A DNA stretch of 64,000 nucleotides, taken from NCBI GenBank assembly GCA_963723975.1, contig CAVRTI010000022.1, forward strand, positions 463,613 through 527,612. The letters run 5' to 3'. This DNA comes from an uncultured Actinomycetota bacterium. Its GTDB lineage: Bacteria > Actinomycetota > Actinomycetes > JACCUZ01. This document shows positions 50,565-60,070 of the stretch, piece after piece. The notes below the pieces were generated by a model that did no database searches, was not told the origin of the DNA, and saw nothing but the letters and a program-made list of their open reading frames with translations. The stretch's first letter is position 1, and the number at the start of each line of letters is the position of its first letter. Position numbers and translations under genes: made by a program.

Positions 50565-51251
50565 ATGACTTCGCAGCTGCTCGATCTCAGCCATCGCATC
50601 GAGCCCGGAATGTTCACCCACCCGGGTCTGCCTGGCCCGACCTGGGAGCCGTTCCGGACCCGGGAGCAGTATCGGCAGAGCAGCGGCACCGACTTCCAGA
50701 TCGACCAGGTCACCATGGTCGGGAACACCGGTACGTACCTCGACAGCCCGTTCCACCGGTTCGCTGACGGCGATGATCTGGCCAGCGTCCCGCTGAAGGC
50801 CGTCGCGGACCTGTCGGCATTCGTCGTCGACGCTCGGCAGACCGGCCGTGGGGTCGGCGCTGACGTGCTCGCTGACGCTCTTGGCGACGCGACCGCGAGG
50901 GGCGCTCTGGAGGGTGCGGCGGTGCTGCTGCTCACGGGCGGTGACCGGAAGTGGGGCGGCGAGGCATACGCACAGGACGCGCCGTTCCTCACCACCGAGG
51001 GCACGGAGTGGCTCGTGGCGCATCGGCCGTCGCTGGTCGGCATCGACTCGGTCAACATCGACGACCTGGCGGACCAGACCCGCCCGGCGCACACCCAGCT
51101 GCTCGCAGCTGGGGTGCTCATCCTGGAACACCTGACCGGGCTCTCTGCCCTGCCCGCTCGCGGTGCCCGGCTGCACGCCGCACCTCCGCCGTGGAGCGGC
51201 GTCGGCACGTGGCCCGTCCGGGCCTACGCACTTGTTCCGGCCACCGCGTAG
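50565..51251 (+). CDS. Cyclase-family protein (kynurenine formamidase-like)
   Basis: ATG 50565 is preceded by AGGAAGG (50551-50557). The 228-aa product has …TGTYLDSPFHRF… and …LVGIDSVNIDD…H…L, typical of the putative cyclase family. Confidence 0.75.
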   Translation: MTSQLLDLSHRIEPGMFTHPGLPGPTWEPFRTREQYRQSSGTDFQIDQVTMVGNTGTYLDSPFHRFADGDDLASVPLKAVADLSAFVVDARQTGRGVGADVLADALGDATARGALEGAAVLLLTGGDRKWGGEAYAQDAPFLTTEGTEWLVAHRPSLVGIDSVNIDDLADQTRPAHTQLLAAGVLILEHLTGLSALPARGARLHAAPPPWSGVGTWPVRAYALVPATA

Positions 51252-51405
51252 GTCGCCCGCGCTGCGTCGGCATGCGTTGTCTACGAACCAGGACCACCAG
51301 AACGGCACCCCTCGCGATCCCGTCGATGCGCTGGACGTGCGGCTCGAGGAGCGGCTGACTCTCCGACCCGTGACGGAGAGCGCACGCTGACCCGCCATGT
51401 CCCCA

Positions 51406-52449
51406 TCAGGGGTTGTCGGCCAGCACCACCGGCGGGGAGACGTAGAAGGGCGGGTACCCGTCCCAGCCCACATCCCAGAGGCGGCTAGCGCGTTCGCAGC
51501 GGCCACGCACCGTGCACCGGATGACCGCCGCGATCCCGCGGTTGCTCTGCGCCATGGTGAGGAAGTGCCGGTCGTCCTCCCACACGGCGTCCGGGTCGAG
51601 GCGCCCGGTCACCCGGGCCACCCGCTCGCCCGTCCCGTCGCGGACGGTCAGCCAGCGGTCGGTGCCGAGCTCGTCGAAGTAGGTCCAGGTGGCGAGAGCC
51701 CGCCTGCCGTCGGGGGACCAGGCACGGGGACCGGTCCGGCAGCTCGACCAGAGCGTCCGGTCCGGCTGCGACAGAGGGGCGACCCGGTTACAGAACCGGC
51801 CGTCGGTACCTGTTCTCAGGACGATCCGGTCGTGCCTGATGTCGGCTCCGACGGCGCCCTGGTCGGACAACCGCGACAGCACGTTCCGCCGGTAGTCCCA
51901 CCACCACGTGGTTGCCGGCGCCTCCTTCGGCTGCAGGGTCAGCAGCACCCGGGTCCCGGAGACGGCCACCACGTTTGCGTACTCGAGAAACATCCGGCGG
52001 GCGATCACACGGCCGGTGTCGGGGTCGGCTACGCGGACCGGCGCTCGGCCCTGGCCCCAGGCGATCTGCCGGCGACTCGGGGAGACCGCGACGCCAGCCG
52101 GGTTGCCGCGGCGAGCGATCAGCCGCTTGTCGCCGGACCGGCTGACGTACACCAGGCGAAACACCCGTCTCGCCTCGACGTAGTCGTTCACCACGTAGCC
52201 GCGAGCGGTCGTCCACAGGCCCCAGTGGTCGCCGAGGCGGGTGGCGGGGACCCGCCGGTGCCCGTCGACGATGGTGTCGCCGATGAGGTGGGCCACCCGC
52301 GGGTCCGGCCCGCGGCTCAGCTGCGCCGGGTCGATGAAGTGCGGCGTTCGGACCCGAGCGGGCACCGGACCGCTAAGCAGGGTGACCACGGTCAGAGCCG
52401 TGAGAGCGGTGACGGCGAGGACGCGGGCGAGAGTGCCGTGCCGCTCCAT
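51406..52449 (-). CDS. Secreted hypothetical protein, PD40/TolB-like beta-propeller repeats
   Basis: ATG 52449 (MERHGTLARVLAVTALTALTVVTLLSG…, signal-peptide-like) lies within ORF 51406..52584. Repeated …SPDGRR…/…SPSRRQIAW… motifs are present. I recognised no named family. Confidence 0.6.
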   Translation of the reverse strand: MERHGTLARVLAVTALTALTVVTLLSGPVPARVRTPHFIDPAQLSRGPDPRVAHLIGDTIVDGHRRVPATRLGDHWGLWTTARGYVVNDYVEARRVFRLVYVSRSGDKRLIARRGNPAGVAVSPSRRQIAWGQGRAPVRVADPDTGRVIARRMFLEYANVVAVSGTRVLLTLQPKEAPATTWWWDYRRNVLSRLSDQGAVGADIRHDRIVLRTGTDGRFCNRVAPLSQPDRTLWSSCRTGPRAWSPDGRRALATWTYFDELGTDRWLTVRDGTGERVARVTGRLDPDAVWEDDRHFLTMAQSNRGIAAVIRCTVRGRCERASRLWDVGWDGYPPFYVSPPVVLADNP

Positions 52450-52504
52450 GTGTGCAGTGTGGCCGCTCGGATGCCTGACTGGTAGGGGCGATGGGCCCGC
52501 AACC

Positions 52505-52675
52505 CGAGAGAACATCCGGCTGCTGAGCGACGCGCACCTCATGTCGATCGCCGAACGGTCGATGCTGGCCTGCTGGGGGGTCAAGGACGCGCTGGCCGAC
52601 GCCGAACCTGTGCGCGCCGGGGAGGCATGAGGCTCCGGACGACGGGTGGCGGCGGCCCCGGATGCCGCTCACGCC
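52505..52675 (+). pseudogene. Relic of a hydantoinase B (hyuB) paralogue, internally deleted and frameshifted
   Basis: Positions 52508-52585 translate ENIRLLSDAHLMSIAERSMLACWGVK, against hyuB EKHIRMLSDAHFMSIADRSILACWGVK (20398-20478, opposite strand). Positions 52586-52662 give DALADAEPVRAGE..RLRTTGGGG, against hyuB 20254-20331. The 22 codons between the blocks are absent. Confidence 0.75.
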
Positions 52676-52815
52676 GGCTGAGCGCGCTCGAGCTGACCGA
52701 CGACGCGCATCACCGGACAGGGGGTGCGACCTGCTCATCGTCGGCGGCAGGCCGGCCAGCAGTGCTCGGGAGCGGCACTTGCCCGCTGGTCGTCAGCGGT
52801 TGTTCCTGACTCTCG

Positions 52816-52892
52816 GACACATTCGTGACTGATGTGGTGAATCGGCACGCGCAGCTCGATGCGCCAGGCACAACCGCCACGAATGTGTTCCG
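52816..52892. repeat. Imperfect inverted repeat (13-nt arms, ~50-nt spacer) in a non-coding, lower-GC stretch
   Basis: GGACACATTCGTG (52816-52828) pairs with CACGAATGTGTTCC (52879-52892). The flanks are also partly complementary, and the spacer contains a small GCGCA/TGCGC hairpin. Confidence 0.5.
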
Positions 52893-53414
52893 GACTCAGC
52901 GATCCCCCCGCTTCGTCCAAGCGCGGCAACGGAGGAGTGCCGGTCGTGCGCGGTCCGTGCGACGCACAATGAACCCGTGGGTCTGATCACCCGGATCGGC
53001 CGGGCGCCCGGCGTGCGCCGGCTCGTGCGCAAACGCGCGGGCGCTGGCGTCGTCACTGAGAGCCCCGACCCCGAGGACCTCGATCCGCGGTGGTGCGTGG
53101 CGGCGGTCGGGAAGTGCTGCTCGGGCTCGCCGATGCCTGGATTGCGGGGCGCTCCACTTACGGCCGCAGAGCTGGCCCGGCGGCGTGGGGACATTCCCTC
53201 GCCGCCTGGGCGGGGTCCGTCGTCCTGGCCGCTGTGAGCACGGGCCTGGCAGATGTGGCCGGCAGCAGGGAGGGCGAACACTGCCCGGAGCTGGCACTAC
53301 CGCTCGGTTCTGGCCGCCGACGCCACGAGCGATTCAGAGCGCACCTATCGATCGGCGTCCGGATGTGTCTGTCGACCGCCCGCTCTACGATGGAGGCCGA
53401 GAGGAGGCGCGGCG

Positions 53415-54011
53415 ATGGCCGATCCGATGGGCGACATCATCGGGGACTATCGGACGTTCGCCGCGCTGCAGCAGGACCGCCTGCTGGCCAGGGGCATCGA
53501 CATCCGCCCGTACGCGCTCAGTCACCTCGCCGTCCGCGTGCCGGAGTGGGACCAGTACGTGCATGTGCGGAACCTGCTCGAACGCCATGCGGTCGCCAAT
53601 CGCGAGAACGTATGGAACGGCCGCCCGATCTCCTTGATCGTTCCCGTCGAGCCGCTTGAAGTCCTCGACGGCAAGGTCGTCCCGCTCATCGAGCTCATCC
53701 CGCCCGTGCACCAGCGCGTCTACAGGATGGGGTTGGAGCACCTCGGCGTCGTGGTCGGCGACGCTTTCGACGCGTTCGTCGGAGCCCACAAGCCCGTCTT
53801 GACGGGCCAGCAGTTTCAGGGCCCGAATAGCACACCAGATCCCGTCTACATCTTGTTCGAGGATTTCACCCACGTGAAGTTCTATCGACTTTCATTGAGG
53901 GCATCCGTCGAGCTCGATGCTGGCCCGTTCGACGACGGGTTCCATCACGTCGACGACTGGCTGCCTCAAAGGCTCGTGACCGCGACCGGCCCGAACCCTC
54001 TGCTGCGCTGA
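53415..54011 (+). CDS. YecM-like VOC-superfamily protein
   Basis: ATG 53415 is preceded by GAGGAGG (53401-53407). The 198-aa product parallels E. coli YecM blocks (…SHLAVRV…, NGRPISLIVPVEPLEV, …GLEHLGVVV…, HVKFYRLSL), recognised from memory. Confidence 0.65.
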   Translation: MADPMGDIIGDYRTFAALQQDRLLARGIDIRPYALSHLAVRVPEWDQYVHVRNLLERHAVANRENVWNGRPISLIVPVEPLEVLDGKVVPLIELIPPVHQRVYRMGLEHLGVVVGDAFDAFVGAHKPVLTGQQFQGPNSTPDPVYILFEDFTHVKFYRLSLRASVELDAGPFDDGFHHVDDWLPQRLVTATGPNPLLR

Positions 54012-54266
54012 GCGACGCCTGGAACTCGGCGCGACCGGCGAGGCGCCCCTGTCATCGACACGACTGCGGACTCGGTGGCATGAGCGGAACGCCATTCCGG
54101 CATCCGACCCGCGGCGTGAGAGTTGCGTTCGCGCCGAGTGTGCCGCCATGGGCGGAGGAACATCGCACGGCCATAGGCACGAGAACGCCACCTCGGCCCG
54201 GCGTGCATCCGGCAACTGGGTACTGCCGCTTCGGCACGCCGGAGTCAGCGGCAAGAGGGTTCAAAC

Positions 54267-54900
54267 CTGGTCCGGCACCGCCGGCAGCTGGTGAAGCTGG
54301 CCACCGCGGTGAAGGCGGGGATCCGGGCGCTGCTGGCCAAGCACAACATCCGGCTGTCCGCGACCGAGCTCGACCGGTGACACCGCGACCGGACTGCTGG
54401 ACGCGTTGGCGTTGCCGGGCACCTACGCGAACCGGCTGGCCTCGCAGCGCCGGCTGATGCTGGTGCTGGCCGATGAGATCGCCGCGATCGAGGTCGAGCT
54501 GCACGGCCGGCTGCGTCACCATCCCGGGCTACCGGAACCTGCTCACGGTGAAGGGCATCGGGCCGGTGCTGGCCGCGGTGTTCGTCGCTGAGATCGGCGA
54601 CGTCGCCCGGTTCCCGACCGCGGCGTCGCTGTGCTGCTGGGCCGGGCTGACCCCGCGGCATTACGAGTCGGACAAGACGGTGCACCGCGGGCACATCAGC
54701 AAGGAAGGCGACACCCTGGTCCGCTGGGCCGCGGTGGAAGCGATCCAGCGCCAGACGCGAACCCGCGGTCAATGGCACTACCGATCGATTCAGGCGGTGC
54801 GGTCGCGGCTGAACCAGAACGGCACACAGGTTCGGGTCTGGCGTCTGGCGATCTCGACGGCGGCGACCAGCGACCACGTTGCTCAACTGCGGGCTCTAGC
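54267..54900 (+). mobile_element. IS110-family transposase relic: 5'-truncated (no DEDD catalytic domain) and frameshifted
   Basis: Reads LVRHRRQLVKLATAVKAGIRALLAKHNI…(TGA 54378)…LPGTYANRLASQRRLMLVLADEI…|…YRNLLTVKGIGPVLAAVFVAEIGDVARFP…WAGLTPRHYESDKTVHRGHISKEGDTLVRWAAVEA across three frames (ORFs 54406.., 54473..). I found no inverted-repeat ends. Confidence 0.75.
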
Positions 54901-54971
54901 ATCGTCAGGAATGGGGTGGCTGGTCTTGCGATCTCGGAGGCCACCGATCGAGGACCCGGAGGTCATCAGGG

Positions 54972-55886
54972 ATGCGTGCACTGGTTGCAGACGGCTCGTC
55001 CCGCGCCGGGATCTCCTTCCGCGATGTTCCTGAGCCGCTGCCCGCGTCAGGCGAGGTACTCATCGAGGTGCGCGCCTTCTCCATCAACAGGGGAGAGATG
55101 CGGATGCTCGGGAGCGCGGCCGACGGCTGGCGCCCGGGTTGGGACTTCGCCGGGGTGGTGGCGTACGACGAGGGAGGACTTCGGAAAGGGACCCGCGTGG
55201 TGGGGATCCGGCAGGGCGGAACCTGGGCCGAGCAAGTTGCAGTCCGCCGCGACTGGATTGCCGAGCTCCCCGATGGCGTGTCCTTCGCCAACGGAGCAGC
55301 GCTGCCCACAGCAGGCCTAACGGCTCTGCGCACGCTGCGCCTTGGCCCCGCCATTCTTGGTCGTCGAGTCCTCGTGACAGGCGCTTCCGGTGGGGTCGGC
55401 CGCTTCGCCATTCAGCTCGCACACCTGAGTGGCGCGGAGGTGACGGCACTGGTCAGCAACGCCTCGTCGCGATCTGGTGGGCTGGCTCAGCTGGGAGCTG
55501 ATGAAGTCGTGTCTGACGTGGCAGACCTCCAGGGGCGGTTCGACCTCGTGTTGGAGTCGGTTGGAGGTGCCATCCTCGCGAGGCTTGTCACAATGATTGA
55601 CCCTCGCGGGACCCTGGTCATGTTCGGCAACAGCTCCGAGGACTCCACGACGTTCAATGCTCGCGACGTGTACAACGACGCGCTTGTCCGGATCCAAGGC
55701 TTCGAGCTCTTCTTCGGGGACCAGGACTTCGGTCGCGACCTCGCATACCTCGCCAGGCTGGTGGAGGAAGGCAAGCTCGATGCCCAGCTCGCCGACGAGA
55801 TGCCCTGGGACGAGATGCCCGCAGCTCTTGAGCTACTGCGCAACCGCCACGCCGGTGGGAAGATCGCCCTCACTATCGGCGGCTGA
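54972..55886 (+). CDS. Zinc-type alcohol dehydrogenase/NADPH:quinone oxidoreductase family (MDR) protein
   Basis: Intact 304-aa ORF with the nucleotide-binding motif VLVTGASGGVGRFAIQLA and a GroES-like N-terminus. Confidence 0.85.
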   Translation: MRALVADGSSRAGISFRDVPEPLPASGEVLIEVRAFSINRGEMRMLGSAADGWRPGWDFAGVVAYDEGGLRKGTRVVGIRQGGTWAEQVAVRRDWIAELPDGVSFANGAALPTAGLTALRTLRLGPAILGRRVLVTGASGGVGRFAIQLAHLSGAEVTALVSNASSRSGGLAQLGADEVVSDVADLQGRFDLVLESVGGAILARLVTMIDPRGTLVMFGNSSEDSTTFNARDVYNDALVRIQGFELFFGDQDFGRDLAYLARLVEEGKLDAQLADEMPWDEMPAALELLRNRHAGGKIALTIGG

Positions 55887-56019
55887 ACAGGGCGTTCGTC
55901 GAGAATCAGCAGCCGCTCATCTCCGTCCTAGTGCCCGTCGATACCTGAGAGGCGAGTGCGAAACGGCACCCATGGGCGGCTGTAGCCAACGCCGCCGGAT
56001 GGGATCCTCAGGGCCCTTG

Positions 56020-56977
56020 CTACCAGGCGTAGGACTGCGGGGCTTCTCCCGGCCCTGGCCAGATTTCGTTGAGTCGTTCCATGGCTGCGTCGTCCAGCAG
56101 CACGGACAGCCCGTCGAGGTCCAGGTGCAGTTCCTCGGTCGTCATGGCTCCGACGATGGTCGAGGCCACAACCGGGTTCCTGAGAAGCCAGGCCAAGGAC
56201 ACAGCCGCAGGCTGCGCACCGAGGTCCCGGCACAGCGCCTCGTAAGCAACGAGTTGAGCACGGTGCGTCTCGACACGGGGGTCGTCGCTGCCTGCCTGCA
56301 ACGCGCCCGCGAGCAGGCCAGCGTGCAGAGGGCTGGACGGGATGAGGGCGACGCCCAGGTGTCGAAGGGCAGGAACGAGTTCCTGCTCGACTGCCCGCAC
56401 GGCCAGGTTGTAGAGGCTCTGCTCGGAGGTCAGGCCGACGAAGTGCCGGGCCGCGGCAGCCGACTGAGCGAGCGCGATGTCCCAGCCGGCGAAGTTGCTG
56501 CTCCCGACGTAGGTGATCTTCCCGTCGCGGACGAGCTGCTCCATCGCCCTGGATCTCCTCCCACGGCGTGGCCCGGTCGACGTGGTGCATCTGGTAGAGG
56601 TCAATGTGGTCGGTCTGGAGGCGTCGCAGGCTCGCCTCGCAGGCTCGCCGGATGTGGAAGGCGGACAGTCGGCGGTCGTTCGGGCCGAGTCCCATCGGCT
56701 GGTAGACCTTCGTGGCCAGCACGATGTCGTCGCGGTGGCCGCTGCGCTTCAACCACTTGCCGACAGTCTCTTCCGCGAGGCCGTATCCCATCTTCATGTC
56801 CGGCTACTGAGCACCGCCGTACACGTCGGCGGTGTCGAAGAGGTTGATGCCCGCCGCGACCGCCGCGTCCATCACCGCGAAGCTGCTCGACTCGTCCACG
56901 AGGTAGCCGAAGTTCACGGTGCCGAGGCCGATCCGGCTGACCATCACGCCCGAGCGCCCCAGGTGCGCGAATGCCAA
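56020..56977 (-). pseudogene. Aldo/keto reductase, disrupted by an in-frame TAG (56804-56806) and a frame change (~56550)
   Basis: Reads (TTG 56977) AFAHLGRSGVMVSRIGLGTVNFG…[23 protein letters not shown]…[12 protein letters not shown]…|…[19 protein letters not shown]… over ORFs 55928..56797 and 56020..56604. Confidence 0.8.
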
Positions 56978-57159
56978 CCGTTCATGTCCCCTGCTCCGAT
57001 GAGTCGGGTGCTGCTGGCGCGTCTACAACCAGCAGGCAATGGACCGACCGTAGGAGTGTCATGAGGACAAGCGGGACGAGGAATGTGTCGCCTCCGCGAA
57101 CGGAGGCGCATCAGGCGTTGGCTCCCGGCGCCGGTGCCATTCGGGTCGAGGTGTAGGAC

Positions 57160-57723
57160 ATGGTCATGCTCACGTACATCAACAACATGTCCCTCGACGG
57201 CTACATCGAGGACCGGCACGGCGCGTTCGACTTCGGCCCCATGGACGACGACCTCTTCGCGGCGTACACCGAGCTCCTCGGCACCGTCGGGACGTTCCTT
57301 TACGGGCGTCGGCTGTACGAGACGATGGCCGGCTGGGAGACCATGCCTGGGCTAGCCGCGCAATCCTCCCTCGCAGCGGATTTCGCGCACGCCTGGCAAG
57401 CGCCCAACAAGATCGTCTACTCCACGACCTTGGCAACGGCGCCGACGGCCAACACCCGAATAGAACGCGCCTTCGACATCGCCGCCGTGCAACAGCTCAA
57501 GGCCGACGCGAGCCGCGATCTCACCGTGGGAGGCGCGGACCTCGCATCCCAGGCCCTGACCGCCGGCCTCGTCGATGAATGCACTCTGTTCGTCTGGCCC
57601 GTAGCCGTGGGCGACGGCAAGCGCGCCCTCCCGGCCGACGCCAGACTCAGCCTTGAACTCCTTGACGAGCGCCGCTTCGCAAACGGGGTCATGCTCCTCC
57701 GGTACCACCCAAGGTCGCAGTGA
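57160..57723 (+). CDS. Dihydrofolate reductase-like (RibD C-terminal domain) family protein
   Basis: Intact 187-aa ORF with …SLDGYIED…, …FLYGRRLYE… and …DLTVGGADLASQAL…DECTLFVWPVAVGDGKRAL, typical of RibD_C. Confidence 0.8.
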   Translation: MVMLTYINNMSLDGYIEDRHGAFDFGPMDDDLFAAYTELLGTVGTFLYGRRLYETMAGWETMPGLAAQSSLAADFAHAWQAPNKIVYSTTLATAPTANTRIERAFDIAAVQQLKADASRDLTVGGADLASQALTAGLVDECTLFVWPVAVGDGKRALPADARLSLELLDERRFANGVMLLRYHPRSQ

Positions 57724-58093
57724 CGGCTCGGCTTCCCTCAATGCACTCCTTTGACCCACGGACCCAAGGAGCCCGCTGACGGCTCCGAGCACTATGGATG
57801 ATGCCGGTTCCGGTCGTCCCGGCGAACGCCATAGCTGGCTACTTGTTCACTGACATCACCCTTGGCCGGGCCAGGCTGTGGGTCAGACGCCCGGTGGGTA
57901 CCTCGGTTTACGCGCGGCCGCGCCGAACCCGACAGCGCGAGCCGTGGATCCAGGCGCACGCGAGTGTGCGCGTACGCCGCGATCGTCGGAATGCATCGGA
58001 TCGCGGCGGACCGGTCTCCTGCCGGTCGGTTCGTGATGATCTTGCTGACCTGCCGTGAGCTCGACGCGGTGCTCGCGCCACTTTCGATAGGCA

Positions 58094-58750
58094 TCAGGCT
58101 TTGATGCGGTTCGTTTCATAGGCCCACATGGCGATCTCGACCCGGTTCCTCGCGCCGAGCTTGTTCATGAGGCTGGCCAGGTGGGTCTTGACGGTGCTGA
58201 GACTGATGTGGAGCTCATTGGCGATCTCGGCGTTGCTAAGACCCCGAGCTACGGTGACCATGACCTCCTCCTCCCGCGCGGTGAGGGGTTCGATCGGCTG
58301 GCGCAGCGGCTCACTTGTCCGTAGGTCGGCGAACGCAGCCAGCAGGCGGACTGTGACGCTGGGAGCTATCAGTGCTTCACCGTTGGCGGCGGCATGGACC
58401 GCCTGGGTGAGCAGCTCAGGTCCTGCGTCCTTGAGGAGGAAGCCACGGGCGCCTGCCTTGAGCGCGCCGTGGACGTACTCGTCGAGGTCGAACGTCGTGA
58501 TGACCACCACGGCGAGCGGATCTTCGACGGCCGGCCCGGCCAGCGCGCGCGTGGCCTCGAGCCCGTTGAGCTCGGGCATCCGGATGTCGAACAGGCACAC
58601 ATCGGGCCGCAGCTCCCGGGCTAGCGACACGGCTTCCCGGCCGTTTCTCGCCTCACCCACTACCTGGATGTCGGGCTGGGCGTCCAGGATCATGCGCAGC
58701 CCGGTCCGGACGAGCTCCTGGTCGTCAGCGACAAGTACGCGGATGGTCAT
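58094..58750 (-). CDS. NarL/LuxR-family two-component response regulator
   Basis: Intact 218-aa ORF with the receiver (VLVADDQ…DVCLFDIRMPELNG…) and LuxR HTH (LTAREEEVMVTVARGLSNAEIANELHISLSTVKTHL). Confidence 0.92.
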   Translation of the reverse strand: MTIRVLVADDQELVRTGLRMILDAQPDIQVVGEARNGREAVSLARELRPDVCLFDIRMPELNGLEATRALAGPAVEDPLAVVVITTFDLDEYVHGALKAGARGFLLKDAGPELLTQAVHAAANGEALIAPSVTVRLLAAFADLRTSEPLRQPIEPLTAREEEVMVTVARGLSNAEIANELHISLSTVKTHLASLMNKLGARNRVEIAMWAYETNRIKA

Positions 58751-59898
58751 CGGGTCGGCCGCGCCCGCGGAAGCACCGCGTGGACCACCCAGCCATGGTC
58801 GGGTCCCGGCCCCGCTTCGCAGGTCCCGCCGAGGAGTGCCGCCCGTTCCGTCATCCCGACGACGCCGTAGCCGGCATTGACGCTGGACGGATGGACCTGA
58901 TCGCCGTCGTCGCGGACCGTCAGCCGGACGACGTCCTGATCTCCCACGACCTGCACATCGATCCGGGTGGCGTTCCGAGCGTGCCGCAGCGCGTTCGTCA
59001 CTGATTCCTGGGCGATGCGGTAGGTCGCTCCCCCGACCGTCGGACTGAGCTCGTCGAGGTCGCCGGTAAGGCCGACGTGCACCCGGGGCTCGTCGTCGGC
59101 GTTGCGTGCGAGTCGCCCGATATCGGCAACGCCGTTCTGCGGGGTGAGGTCGGCATCGTCACGATCACGCAGGACGCCTACCATGGTCCGCATCTCGGCG
59201 AGGGTACGGGAACCTTCGTCCTCGATCACCCTCAGCGCATCAACGGCAGCTCCGGGGTCGGACGTCGCCACCACACGTCCCGCCTGCGCTCGTACGACCA
59301 TGGCCGAGACGTGGTGCGCCACGGTGTCATGCAGCTCCCGCGCGAGCTGCTCGCGCTCACGCAGCCTGACTTGATCGATCTCCCGGCTCCGCGACGTCGT
59401 CCAGAACCGGACCAATGCGCCGAGAACTGCGGGGAACATGAGGAACACGAAGCCAGCTGCGGCCTCGCCGAACCCGTTGTAATCGCTCGCGATCCCCAGC
59501 AGGCCGGCGACCACGATGATCGGCAACCCGATGACGACCTCGCGACCGGACCCCCATCGGAGCAACGCATAGGGGAGCAGTACTACGTAGATCATCGTGT
59601 ACAGCCCGACGGGCGTGGCCGGACCGTCGATCAGCGTGGCGAGGTTCAGCACGATGACCGCGCCGAAGACAACGGCGACGACAGCAAGTGGGTGCGTCCG
59701 CCGCCACAGCAGCGGGAACACCAGCGCCACGGCGAGCACGAGCGCTACGGGACGCCAAGGGACATCGGTACGAAAGATGCCTTCGAGTGCGGCGGTCAGC
59801 AGCAGGAAAGCGACCAGTGCCCAGTCCCGCCAGACTCGCGTCGGGGGCGCAGCGGCTCGTGGCTCGTCTCGCAGAGACCTGACCACGCTGCTGATCAC
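58747..59898 (-). CDS. Sensor histidine kinase (HisKA_3/DesK-LiaS type)
   Basis: Intact 383-aa ORF with N-terminal TM helices, the H-box ELHDTVAHHVS and an ATPase end (…ESVTNALRHA…DDG…GYGVVGMTERA). It has a 4-nt overlap with the regulator. Confidence 0.9.
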   Translation of the reverse strand: MISSVVRSLRDEPRAAAPPTRVWRDWALVAFLLLTAALEGIFRTDVPWRPVALVLAVALVFPLLWRRTHPLAVVAVVFGAVIVLNLATLIDGPATPVGLYTMIYVVLLPYALLRWGSGREVVIGLPIIVVAGLLGIASDYNGFGEAAAGFVFLMFPAVLGALVRFWTTSRSREIDQVRLREREQLARELHDTVAHHVSAMVVRAQAGRVVATSDPGAAVDALRVIEDEGSRTLAEMRTMVGVLRDRDDADLTPQNGVADIGRLARNADDEPRVHVGLTGDLDELSPTVGGATYRIAQESVTNALRHARNATRIDVQVVGDQDVVRLTVRDDGDQVHPSSVNAGYGVVGMTERAALLGGTCEAGPGPDHGWVVHAVLPRARPTR

Positions 59899-60070
59899 GA
59901 CCCCAGCCTAGGGATCTGCCGCCGCTGCGCTTCGGCCGAAAGGACCAGACGCGCACCCTTCCGAAGAACGGGAAGAGCGGCGCCCTGCGGCCGATGTGCC
60001 GTCCGCGTCGCGTCACCACGCTGACGGGCATGGCAGTCGCGTTGACGCCAACGACCGTGGAGGACGACCG

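Noticed and set aside
52977-53237. ORF 52977..53237 (MGLITRIGRAPGVRRLVRKRAG…), whose first ~50 codons show fairly high third-position G+C. It could be a small gene or a coding remnant.
   Set aside because: It has no recognisable homology, no SD, and its codon bias decays in the second half. The evidence is not enough to call a gene.
53289-53303. An exact 15-mer, GAGCTGGCACTACCG, repeated at 53289-53303 and 62437-62451.
   Set aside because: The flanks do not align beyond the 15-mer. A single 15-nt match is within chance expectation for 64 kb of compositionally biased DNA compared on both strands.
54250-54275. A GGGTTCAAACC motif just before the IS110 relic, reminiscent of a tRNA T-arm and so of a possible tRNA-derived integration site.
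   Set aside because: The flanking bases cannot form the T-stem or an acceptor stem, and no remainder of a tRNA is visible upstream.
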